Below are positions 9,054 through 17,508 of a stretch of DNA of 64,000 nucleotides, piece after piece. The first letter of the stretch is position 1, and each line of letters begins with the position of its first letter. Position numbers and translations under genes: made by a program. The notes under the pieces are model-generated. The model worked only from the letters and a program-made list of their open reading frames with translations, ran no database searches and was not told the origin of the DNA. The DNA lies in the IMG/VR virus record IMGVR_UViG_3300030433_002667, positions 470-64,469 of that record; one strand, 5' to 3'. The DNA comes from a virus.

Positions 9054-10069
9054 TGTCCGGTTGGGGAGCATTGTCTCAGCAGAACGAACAGCAAATCGAA
9101 ACTGCGGCTGAAGCGGAAGCGGATGCAATTGCTATCGATAAGGCGGCGGAAATGAAGACTGTGTCATCAGCGGAGTTCATTACTCGCTTCCCCGGCATCG
9201 CTGCAGAAATGGAATCTCAGGCAGTCGCCCCAGATATCCAGCCGAGTCACATCTTCTGTGGCATGGTCGGACACGAAGGCACTGGTAAGACAGGTTTGGT
9301 AATGGATGCACACATGCATCGCTACACCGATGGTGAAATGCTGTGGTCGATGGACTTCGACAATGGTGCAATGGCCTGTAAGCAGGCGCACTATCCGAAT
9401 GACCCACGTGTACGAGTATTCTCACCATGGGTCATGCAGGTAGAAGACCGCACTGCATACAACTACATCAGTACGTATCAGCGTATCATGGATATCGGTA
9501 AGTACGCTGTAGAGTATGCTGAGAATCAGAACAAGGAAGGCTTCACTGGGCCTCTGCTCAAGACATTCCTTGTGACTGCAGTTGACCAATTCGATAGTGT
9601 GTGTATCAACAACATGAAAATCTACGATTTGGAAATGGATGCCAAGGATGCTATCGAAGCGGCTGCGGCGAAGTTGAACCAAGAGATTGGTTGGAATTGG
9701 AACATCAGGTCTACCCGATTCAAGCAACTTACCCATATCTGCCAGCGCCTTAACTCGCTGGGCGTAGATGTCTATTGGGAGACCCACCTCAAGGAAGTCT
9801 CTGATACCAAGCGTGTCAGTTTTGACGGCTGGAAGTTTGCGTGGGAGAAGAATGCTACCAACGACCTGTTCCAAATCCTTTGGTGCAAGTCGAAGGTGAT
9901 GCGTAACAGCGATGGCTCACCTACAGGAGAGACTCGCTATTACGTGGACTTCTTCAAGCAGAAGACCAACTCTGACCTCAAGGGTCAGGAGAGAACATAC
10001 TTCGTGACTAAGAAGGGTGAGCCTGCTGTATGGCACGGTCTACCTGAGATGAGAGAGGGCATGCTTTGA
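9050..10069 (+). CDS. P-loop ATPase, AAA_24/Sak4-like recombination protein
   Basis: Walker A GHEGTGKT, then hydrophobic strand-DFDNG and a Walker-B-like VTAVDQFD; follows the SSB-like gene. Confidence 0.65.
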   Translation: MMSGWGALSQQNEQQIETAAEAEADAIAIDKAAEMKTVSSAEFITRFPGIAAEMESQAVAPDIQPSHIFCGMVGHEGTGKTGLVMDAHMHRYTDGEMLWSMDFDNGAMACKQAHYPNDPRVRVFSPWVMQVEDRTAYNYISTYQRIMDIGKYAVEYAENQNKEGFTGPLLKTFLVTAVDQFDSVCINNMKIYDLEMDAKDAIEAAAAKLNQEIGWNWNIRSTRFKQLTHICQRLNSLGVDVYWETHLKEVSDTKRVSFDGWKFAWEKNATNDLFQILWCKSKVMRNSDGSPTGETRYYVDFFKQKTNSDLKGQERTYFVTKKGEPAVWHGLPEMREGML

Positions 10070-10181
10070 TTTACACACATGGGGTTCTTGGTAAGGTAAT
10101 TGGGCACAACCTCTTCTAACGAAGGTTGTAGCACACTGACTCACCACGAGATGAGTCGTGCCCTTCCCCACCCGTGTAATC
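10068..10181 (+). ncRNA. Candidate structured RNA/ssDNA element (long basal stem plus three-way junction)
   Basis: Pairings read by eye: TTACAC 10071-76/GTGTAA 10174-79; TGGGG 10080-84/CCCCA 10166-70; GGGCAC 10102-07/GTGCCC 10158-63; AACC..TTC-TAAC-GAA-GGTT 10108-27; GACTCA 10138-43/TGAGTC 10152-57. It fills the largest gap inside the replication operon. Confidence 0.45.
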
Positions 10182-10194
10182 TGGAGATGATATT

Positions 10195-10956
10195 ATGGCT
10201 GAGTTCACAATAGGACATGACAACCTCAAGAACTTCTTGAGTAGTCTTGGTAAAGATTTGTCAGACATTGTTATCACACTTAGTGAAGATGGCATCACTG
10301 CTTCTGTCGGTAAAGACACTCACTACATCCGTCGTCAGATGGATTGCGGTGTCACGCAGACTGGTCGAATAGTCATCAGTGACCTCCCTAAGTTCAAATC
10401 GTTCTTGACCGCTATCAAAGGTGGGGACATAACTGTGACTCAATCAGGTAGGACTGGAACGCTTCATGTGGCTTGCGGTAAAGCAAGTCTGCAACTACCT
10501 ACTTCATCATATGTCCAATCTCAAGACAAGGTAGGACTGATGGAGCGACTCATTAAGCAGAGCGAAGATAACATGTGGCAGACTTGGCATCAGATGTCCC
10601 TTGACTACCATGCTAAGGTAGACAGTGAAGCACTGAAGCCTGCTGCGAAGTTCGGTAAGGTGCTGGGCGAGAAATACTCGTGCAAAACTGAGTTTGACCC
10701 GCAGGGACGTGAGTTCGTGATTCGTGGTGGAAAGGCATCGACGGGCAAGATGTTCGTCAAGGCTTCTCTAAATGACATCGATTCCCCTGAGATTCCAGCA
10801 AGGTCAGCATTCGACCGATGGCTACCGGAACTATTGAACAACTTGCCTAGTGGAGAGATGAACCTCTACACGGGAGATGAGACTGTCCTTGTTCTGGAGC
10901 AACCTGCTACCAAGTTCCTAATGGTGGTCATCGACCAAGAGTACGAGGAGGATTGA
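10195..10956 (+). CDS. pcn: PCNA-like DNA sliding clamp
   Basis: 253 aa; N-terminus F.I...LK.FL..L....SDIVITLSEDGI resembles PCNA; near RFC and PolB. Confidence 0.7.
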   Translation: MAEFTIGHDNLKNFLSSLGKDLSDIVITLSEDGITASVGKDTHYIRRQMDCGVTQTGRIVISDLPKFKSFLTAIKGGDITVTQSGRTGTLHVACGKASLQLPTSSYVQSQDKVGLMERLIKQSEDNMWQTWHQMSLDYHAKVDSEALKPAAKFGKVLGEKYSCKTEFDPQGREFVIRGGKASTGKMFVKASLNDIDSPEIPARSAFDRWLPELLNNLPSGEMNLYTGDETVLVLEQPATKFLMVVIDQEYEED

Positions 10957-11147
10957 ACATGACCAACTACATTCATGTAAATCACCGAAGGAGAGATGTC
11001 TGCTGGCTATGTGGGGGCACATTGATTTGGGGCGCAGACTTTAATCCAGAGGATTACGGCTACGAAGGAGACGGTATAGTGGCAACACTACACTGCGCAT
11101 CTTGCGGTGCAGATGTAACCTATGTACAGATACACGAGGAGGAGTAA
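10953..11147 (+). CDS. Small zinc-finger protein
   Basis: CWLC...CASC; translationally coupled on both sides. Confidence 0.7.
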   Translation: MNMTNYIHVNHRRRDVCWLCGGTLIWGADFNPEDYGYEGDGIVATLHCASCGADVTYVQIHEEE

Positions 11148-11149
11148 GT

Positions 11150-11563
11150 ATGCGCTTACTTAACTTATGTCCGCACGATGTTGACCTCGTAGTTGGGGGC
11201 GAACCTGTGAAAATTCCGAGGAGCGAATACACTGCCAGAGTGAAGCAGACAGTCAACGTCAATACTTTCATCGATTATGAGGGACATCGTATACCTGTTA
11301 GTTCTCATGAAGCACACGGGGTATACGTTGCTCACGAGTCAGGTAAGAAGCAGGACTGGTCGGACTTTGTCAATGAACATCCAGATACTGCTTTCATCGT
11401 TAGCATGATTGCGAGAGTATACATTGCGGAAGACATTGAGAATGTGTATACAATCTTAGGTAAGAAGAAAGGTTTGGTGCACGCAAATTTCTTAGCCACG
11501 AACAAAAACGAGCAAGGTCTCTTGGACACTCTAAAGAAAGGTGGGAAGGTGACATTAGGATGA
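11150..11563 (+). CDS. N-x-[TC]-P-H family small viral protein (possible Crn4-like ring nuclease)
   Basis: ATG 11150 after GGAGGAG. LLNLCPHDVDL...IPRSEYTARV...PDTAFIVS...NEQG matches the widespread phage NLTPH family. The Crn4 link is from memory and unverified. Confidence 0.45.
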   Translation: MRLLNLCPHDVDLVVGGEPVKIPRSEYTARVKQTVNVNTFIDYEGHRIPVSSHEAHGVYVAHESGKKQDWSDFVNEHPDTAFIVSMIARVYIAEDIENVYTILGKKKGLVHANFLATNKNEQGLLDTLKKGGKVTLG

Positions 11564-13923
11564 TTATCGATACATTCCGACCTGACCCCGAGGGCCCTGA
11601 CCACATCTACAAGAGGTGGCGTGACGCTGATGGCAACCTCATCGAAGAGGTCATCGAAGATTTCAAGCCATACTTTTGGATTCATGCAAGTACACCTACT
11701 CGCATCGTAAATCGCATCCTTGACCGCTACCCCGGCTCTTCTATAGATTGGTATGACAGAGCAGAAGCGCTGAGAACAGGAGATGAGTTGGTCAAGGTGT
11801 ATGCCTATAGAACGGGCGACGTAAGGGATATGGCTCGTGAGTTCGGTAGGACTTGGGAAGCAGACCTTAGCCTCACTGACAGATACCTCATCGATTCTAT
11901 AGATGAGATGCCTGAGTGGAAGCCACGTGTCTGGCACTTCGATTTAGAATGGGACCCGAAGACAGATGAGACCACGGTTATGGCTGTCATCGATTCCTAT
12001 AATAATCGTAAAATTTCCTTCTGTTGGGAGAAAGATAATCCCAGAGGATTGTACGACATGGACCATTCTATAGATGAGAGAGAGGTAGAGTACGAAGTCA
12101 AGGGCGTCCCTGTTAAGTTCACCTACGAGCGTCACATGTATGGCTCAGAAGCAGATATGCACGAAGCCTTTCTCCACTACTTAGATGAGTGCAACCCGGA
12201 TGTTTTCATTGCACACGCAATCATGTGGGCAGACCTTCCTCATCTTGTCAGGCGTTTGCCTGAGTTTAGGAGACTGAGCCCTCTCAACCGTGTACTAAGA
12301 CCACCTAGCAAGAGTGGTGCTCGTGGGTACGATTATGTCGCTCAACCTATCATGGGTAGACTTTGCTTTGATACAGCGGCCCCGCTGAGAAGCGGCTCTG
12401 GATTTGAGCGGGTATGGAAAGACAGTGGTCAGCCTCAACTCAAGAATCTCAAATTAGATACCATCGCAGAGACCCTTGGGTATGGTGGTAAGTTTGACAT
12501 GGATGTGTTCACTGGCTGGACAGAGCGCTTCGACGAATATGTCGATTACTGTATGCAAGATACTCTGCTACTCAAGCGCATCGATGAAGAGAATCACGTG
12601 CTGAACTTCTTCCTCAGCCTGCAAAGAATCACAGGCGTTTCCTTCCCATCCTGTCACAATGTGACAAGATTCGCACGAGGTCTACTCAGCCGTAGAACTC
12701 ACTGGAAAGCACCTACACGTTCTACTCAAGAGAAGCAAGATTACGAGGGTGCATTCATCCCACCACCTACTCCCGGACGATACGAAGGTGTAGCGTGTGT
12801 GGATTACAAGGGATTGTATCCGTCACTCATATTGTCGCATAATCTCTCATGGGAGACACGTGTTTCTTCCAGCCGAAAGAATGAGGAGAATGTCAGGGAA
12901 TTGCCCGACGGAACCTGTTGGCTACAAGGGGAGCCCGGTCTACTTCCTACAATCGTCACTGAGATGTTTGAACTCAGAGACAAATACAAACAGAACATGA
13001 AATCCGCCTCTTCGGAAACTGAGAGAAACGGATGGAATACTTTGCAATTAGCAGTGAAGCGTGTCATGGCTTCGTTCTACGGAATGACTGCCAGTGCACA
13101 CTGGGGTTGGTCCGATTTCGGTATCGCCAGTGCTATCACCGCCTGTGGAAGACAGGCTATCAAATTCCTAATGGAGGAATCTGAAGCACAGGGCTATAGT
13201 GCCCTGTATGGACATACAGATTCCGCATTCGTACAAGTGCCGTTTGAAGAGGCAACTGCATTAGCCAAGCATTTGACTGAGACTGTTCAGCGTGAGCACG
13301 AGGCGAGCCATCTCATCGTAGAGTTTGAGGCATACATGCCCTACTGGCTGGTCGCTGGTAAGAATCTCTACTACGGCATCTGCTCCTATCCTCCAGAAGA
13401 TGAGGGCAAGGTCAAGTCTGCTCGGTTTGGTAAAATCAGCACACTGGCTCCTATTTCTAAGAACTTGGAAAACGATGTTCTGAAGGCTGTATGCACGGGC
13501 GCTGATGAAGATGAAGTGACACAGATGGTCAGACCATTGGCTAAGCGAATCAAGCGAGGTGATGTGACGCTGAAGGAAATCAGCGGAACAACTCGTATTC
13601 AGAAGAAACTCAATGCCTACGCTGATAGTGTAGGTGTGCCCGGAGTCAAGGGCGCTCGCTACTACAACGAGCATCTCTCCAACGGCACAAAGTTCGATGA
13701 AGGAGACAGTGTAAACTGGGCCTACATCGACGGTGTCCCTGAGGGTCTACCTATGACTGACATCATTGCTTACAATGATGAGAAGGAATTAGAAGGATTC
13801 TCGTTGGATTATGACAAGATGGTTGAGAAGTTGGTTAAGGCCAAAGTCAAGAGTATTTACAATGCACTTGGTTGGAACTTAGAGTTCGCTACAGGTGCAG
13901 CAAGACCGAAGAGGTATTGGTGA
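11560..13923 (+). CDS. polB: Family B DNA polymerase
   Basis: ExoI FDLEWD, ExoIII YCMQD, motif A DYKGLYPS, motif B KRVMASFYG, motif C YGHTDS; 787 aa, no intein. Confidence 0.95.
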   Translation: MIIDTFRPDPEGPDHIYKRWRDADGNLIEEVIEDFKPYFWIHASTPTRIVNRILDRYPGSSIDWYDRAEALRTGDELVKVYAYRTGDVRDMAREFGRTWEADLSLTDRYLIDSIDEMPEWKPRVWHFDLEWDPKTDETTVMAVIDSYNNRKISFCWEKDNPRGLYDMDHSIDEREVEYEVKGVPVKFTYERHMYGSEADMHEAFLHYLDECNPDVFIAHAIMWADLPHLVRRLPEFRRLSPLNRVLRPPSKSGARGYDYVAQPIMGRLCFDTAAPLRSGSGFERVWKDSGQPQLKNLKLDTIAETLGYGGKFDMDVFTGWTERFDEYVDYCMQDTLLLKRIDEENHVLNFFLSLQRITGVSFPSCHNVTRFARGLLSRRTHWKAPTRSTQEKQDYEGAFIPPPTPGRYEGVACVDYKGLYPSLILSHNLSWETRVSSSRKNEENVRELPDGTCWLQGEPGLLPTIVTEMFELRDKYKQNMKSASSETERNGWNTLQLAVKRVMASFYGMTASAHWGWSDFGIASAITACGRQAIKFLMEESEAQGYSALYGHTDSAFVQVPFEEATALAKHLTETVQREHEASHLIVEFEAYMPYWLVAGKNLYYGICSYPPEDEGKVKSARFGKISTLAPISKNLENDVLKAVCTGADEDEVTQMVRPLAKRIKRGDVTLKEISGTTRIQKKLNAYADSVGVPGVKGARYYNEHLSNGTKFDEGDSVNWAYIDGVPEGLPMTDIIAYNDEKELEGFSLDYDKMVEKLVKAKVKSIYNALGWNLEFATGAARPKRYW

Positions 13924-13927
13924 TTAT

Positions 13928-14110
13928 ATGAGTAAGATAGAAGACGAAGTATGTAAGAAGATAAAGGCCCGCTCAGATGTGGGTAAGGAAAAGTATGGAG
14001 TGACCATGGAAGACGAAGTTCTGTCCATACGTGAGTGGCTTGTACACCTACAGGAAGAATTGATGGATGCAGCAGTGTATGTTGAAAAGTTATTGGGGAT
14101 GGTAGAATGA
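13928..14110 (+). CDS. Small all-alpha MazG-like nucleotide pyrophosphohydrolase
   Basis: R...G..KYG.T......WL.HLQEELMDAAVY pattern, common in marine viruses; ATG 13928. Confidence 0.6.
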   Translation: MSKIEDEVCKKIKARSDVGKEKYGVTMEDEVLSIREWLVHLQEELMDAAVYVEKLLGMVE

Positions 14111-15111
14111 GTAGAGATTTTGCAGCATACGCTAAGTCCACATATGGGTGGAAACCGGGACATGAAAAGCATCTAAGGATTACCAAGACTAGTCTGACAA
14201 GTGACTTCGATTTCTGCCCCAAGCAATACGAATACAAGCGGATTCATCGACTCCCTGAACCCACCACTGATGCGATGACTAAGGGAACCAATGTGCACGA
14301 TGCTGTAGAAGTGTACTACGATAACGTCATACCTTTAGTCAATCAGATTCACAAGTGTCTTGTCGAGGACCGAAGGACGGAAGCCATGGAACTGGCTCTC
14401 AGCGCTTTGCCTGAGCCAGAGGAGCCCTATGAACTGGGCGAGGAAGATGTATTGTTCAATCGAATCTCTTGGGACTTAGACAGACTATTGATTGAAGGGC
14501 CGGACAAGTATCTCCCCATCATCAATGAATTAGAACTTCATGTCTTTAGAGATGAGACCATTGAGTTCAATGGAGAGACCATCACCGTACCAGTGCATTA
14601 CGCTGGTATGATTGACCGGGGCTATCATACTGAGGAGAACTCAGTGGCCCTAATGGAATTGAAGACAGGTAAATGGGTTCAGACCAAGAAGGGAGACGAT
14701 TGGGAGGATTCCAAATTCAAATTACAATCAATGCGTACAGAGATGGCCTACTACAAGGACCTCCTTGAAATGGCTGACCACCCTTATGCAAACGTGACGC
14801 ATTGGGGATGGGTCTATCCAGCAGGTGGACTTGTAGAAGTAGAGGCTCTGAACAAATACGGATACGAACAGCGCTCTATCAATCGTATATTCTACGAACC
14901 CTGCACAGGGCGCACCAATACTACCTACAAGCGTAAACTAAGGCGCATGAAGGATGCACTACTCACTGCCTACCTCACGGAGGATTTCCCAACTAAGCCC
15001 AGTCAGGGTAAATGTGCATGGTGTTCTTTCAAGAGCATATGCCCAAGTTGGGATGGTAGTGATGACCCAGAAGAATACCTAAGAAATTACAAGACAGGTG
15101 AAGAAGAATGA
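14107..15111 (+). CDS. Cas4/AddB-like PD-(D/E)xK exonuclease with Fe-S staple
   Basis: N-terminal FCPKQY plus C-terminal CAWC.....C (4 Cys); GTNVH; GMIDRG...MELKTG; EMAYY. Confidence 0.85.
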   Translation: MSRDFAAYAKSTYGWKPGHEKHLRITKTSLTSDFDFCPKQYEYKRIHRLPEPTTDAMTKGTNVHDAVEVYYDNVIPLVNQIHKCLVEDRRTEAMELALSALPEPEEPYELGEEDVLFNRISWDLDRLLIEGPDKYLPIINELELHVFRDETIEFNGETITVPVHYAGMIDRGYHTEENSVALMELKTGKWVQTKKGDDWEDSKFKLQSMRTEMAYYKDLLEMADHPYANVTHWGWVYPAGGLVEVEALNKYGYEQRSINRIFYEPCTGRTNTTYKRKLRRMKDALLTAYLTEDFPTKPSQGKCAWCSFKSICPSWDGSDDPEEYLRNYKTGEEE

Positions 15112-15365
15112 ATAAGAACATGATTAGAAGAATAATAGAGACCCTGATGGAGCGTATTGTTGGGCGACCCGTGTCGCTAACATTCTCTCATTTGGGACAA
15201 GACCAAGACTATACAGTGGCTATACAAACTAGTCTCTATGAGTTTGATGAACAACAAGATGGTCCCATGGGCCCGATGTATTTGGCTATCAATATGAAGC
15301 ATCTACATGATGCTGATAGCATGTCATCTATTGTGAGGGAAATTGCTGAGAAATATGGAGCGTGA
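15108..15365 (+). CDS. Hypothetical protein (85 aa)
   Basis: ATGA/GTGA overlaps with both neighbours. Confidence 0.65.
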   Translation: MNKNMIRRIIETLMERIVGRPVSLTFSHLGQDQDYTVAIQTSLYEFDEQQDGPMGPMYLAINMKHLHDADSMSSIVREIAEKYGA

Positions 15366-16474
15366 AGGGCATGAAGATTGTGTTTGATTTTCCTAGGGAG
15401 GTGATGGAACTCTCTACGGAACAGGGGAAAGGCTTCAGGCGTTTAGTCAGAAGCAACCAAGAGTTGGAAAACTATTGGGCTGGGAAGAATGGTGTATCTA
15501 ATGCCTTCATGACAGTGTATGGTTACCGTGCCACCCAGCAGCCCTACAACAAAAGAGTAGACCTGATGACTCCTATCATCAGGCACTTCGTCCTTGACTT
15601 TGACCCGAAGAATTTCAGGCAACGTAATCGCCCAGAGGTCGATATTCAAGAAGCACTAAGTCAGACACTAAGGCTCCACTACCATCTACAAGAGAAGGAC
15701 ATATCTCATGCCATGTGGTATTCAGGCGGAGGGTTTCACGTGTGGGTCATGTTAGACAAGCCATATACACCCGGAAGCGGGCCACATCTGTCTGCAATCA
15801 AGGAAGCAGGTACTCAAGTCATCAATGACTGGGTCAAGGATTTAGATTTGTTTTGCTCAGACCCTGCTGTCCCATTCGATACCAGCGGAATGATTCGCAT
15901 TCCGAACTCATACAACGCCAAGCGTGGATTCTGGTCTGTTCCCCTGACATCTACTGACTTAGAGAGGGGTATGGAGCACATCATGGACAAGGCTTCTGAA
16001 TCAAAGCAGGGTATGGTATCTTATGGCTCAAAGGGTGTCACCTTGAATGTCAAGAAGCCCAGCGAAAGAAGTCAGATATTCAATGCAAAGACCGCACCTG
16101 TAGACTTACCCACCGTCAATATGGATGGCATCATCATATTGCCCTGCCTTAATGCAGCGGCATGCCAAATGGGTAGCAATCCCAGCCACGATGCACGAGT
16201 GCAGTTGGTCAAGTATCTATCAAAACGCCTGAGAAATTTCATTGATGTAGAGAGAATTCCAAAGGAAACTACTGACAAACATACCGAAACAATTGTAGAC
16301 TACATTCGTTCGCTGCAATGGGCAGATTTTGACGAAGGTGTGACTCGCTATCAAGTGGGCACTATCGTTAGGACTGAATATCCCCAGACATGCTCTATGC
16401 TCTGGAAGAAGGGTATGTGTCTCGGTAAGTGCCGATACTGGGATAAGACAGGAGCAATCGAGGAGGAAGAGTAA
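15362..16474 (+). CDS. priS: Archaeo-eukaryotic primase with fused PriL-like Cys domain
   Basis: AEP motifs FVLDFD, SGGGFHVW, DTSGMIRIPNSYN; C-terminal LPCL...PSHDAR...PQTC...CLGKC resembles the PriL Fe-S domain. Start may be ATG 15371. Confidence 0.8.
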   Translation: MKGMKIVFDFPREVMELSTEQGKGFRRLVRSNQELENYWAGKNGVSNAFMTVYGYRATQQPYNKRVDLMTPIIRHFVLDFDPKNFRQRNRPEVDIQEALSQTLRLHYHLQEKDISHAMWYSGGGFHVWVMLDKPYTPGSGPHLSAIKEAGTQVINDWVKDLDLFCSDPAVPFDTSGMIRIPNSYNAKRGFWSVPLTSTDLERGMEHIMDKASESKQGMVSYGSKGVTLNVKKPSERSQIFNAKTAPVDLPTVNMDGIIILPCLNAAACQMGSNPSHDARVQLVKYLSKRLRNFIDVERIPKETTDKHTETIVDYIRSLQWADFDEGVTRYQVGTIVRTEYPQTCSMLWKKGMCLGKCRYWDKTGAIEEEE

Positions 16475-16777
16475 ATGCCGAACAAGAATCCCTATACGAA
16501 GCATCTGAACTATCGCAATCGCATCAAGAGAGTGATGGAAGAAGAGGGTAGACCTATGACCACTGGTGAAATTATGGCAGCACTCAAGTGCCAGCCCCAG
16601 ATAACACTACCCAACAGATTCTACAAAAACAATCCCACTAAGTCAGAGTTGGCCAATATCCTCTACTCTTACAGCACATTTGAGAGATGTAATCACAATA
16701 CGGTTTCGACTAGTTTGCAGTCAAAGAATTACGCTTACGAAGTAGCCCTATGGCAATTAGTTCAGGAGGAAGAATGA
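16475..16777 (+). CDS. Putative winged-helix DNA-binding protein
   Basis: IKRVMEEEGRPMTTGEIMAAL, a wHTH-like start; 100 aa. Confidence 0.45.
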   Translation: MPNKNPYTKHLNYRNRIKRVMEEEGRPMTTGEIMAALKCQPQITLPNRFYKNNPTKSELANILYSYSTFERCNHNTVSTSLQSKNYAYEVALWQLVQEEE

Positions 16778-17508
16778 TGTCGACACCACCACTAATCATT
16801 GATACCAACGAGAGAGGGCCCCTCCATGATGCTATCATTAGGGCGGCTGAAAGACAAGGCTTCCCCATCAGAAAAGAACACCTACAAGGCATGGGTGATT
16901 ACAAGGCAGGTAATGCACACATTGAGTGCAAGAGCCTCTCAGATTTATTCCAGTCCAGTCACAGTGGACACCTCATGCGTCAGTTGGAAAACTTAGATGC
17001 TAACTGTGAAAGAGTGTTCTTAGTGGTGCATGGAGACATAGCGAAATATGTTTCCATGAGTAAGAGGCAAGGGCGCAACATTTCCTATTCCAAAGTAATG
17101 AACGAACTGTTAGGTACCTTTGCTAGAATTATGGCAGACTTTGATTGCCACATCTATAGAGCGAAGGACTGCAGCGAAGCCGCTATGTTCATTGCTAAAT
17201 TACACAGTAAACTCCACAAGCCTGCGAGCCGACATGGCGCAAGGGCAGTCACACGTGTCAGCACTAATGATGTCAGAGCCGACATGCTGATAGCCGTACC
17301 CGGTTTTGGACCGGATTTGGTCGAGCGGACCTTGGAAAAGTGCGGCTCCATTGAAGAAATGCTATTTCCAGAATCGCTCAAGCAAGTGAAAGGTATGGGT
17401 ACCACCTTGAGGAAAAGACTGCTTGAAGTCCTAACCTCAGAAGAACCTGTCAGAGTCCAAAAGACACACAAGAGAGGGAATAGAAATGATGGAACATCGA
17501 GCAGATAA
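16774..17508 (+). CDS. ERCC4 (XPF/Hef/Mus81-type) structure-specific nuclease with HhH motifs
   Basis: LIIDTNE, GDY, IECKSLSDLFQS and tandem HhH (VPGFG...VKGMG); ATG 16774 after GGAGG. Confidence 0.85.
   Translation: MMSTPPLIIDTNERGPLHDAIIRAAERQGFPIRKEHLQGMGDYKAGNAHIECKSLSDLFQSSHSGHLMRQLENLDANCERVFLVVHGDIAKYVSMSKRQGRNISYSKVMNELLGTFARIMADFDCHIYRAKDCSEAAMFIAKLHSKLHKPASRHGARAVTRVSTNDVRADMLIAVPGFGPDLVERTLEKCGSIEEMLFPESLKQVKGMGTTLRKRLLEVLTSEEPVRVQKTHKRGNRNDGTSSR

Noticed and set aside
10102-10163. HDV-like/theta or hammerhead ribozyme reading of the intergenic structure
   Set aside because: No J4/2 segment with a catalytic C between the last hairpin and the closing helix, and no CUGAUGA/GAAA core.
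10183-10200. GGAGATGAT resembling the start of a fluoride riboswitch
   Set aside because: No complementary CTCC strand or downstream conserved elements; it is simply the RBS of the clamp gene.
14107-15111. Cas4-like nuclease as evidence of a CRISPR-Cas locus
   Set aside because: No repeat-spacer array or other cas genes. Stand-alone Cas4-like nucleases are common in archaeal virus replication modules.
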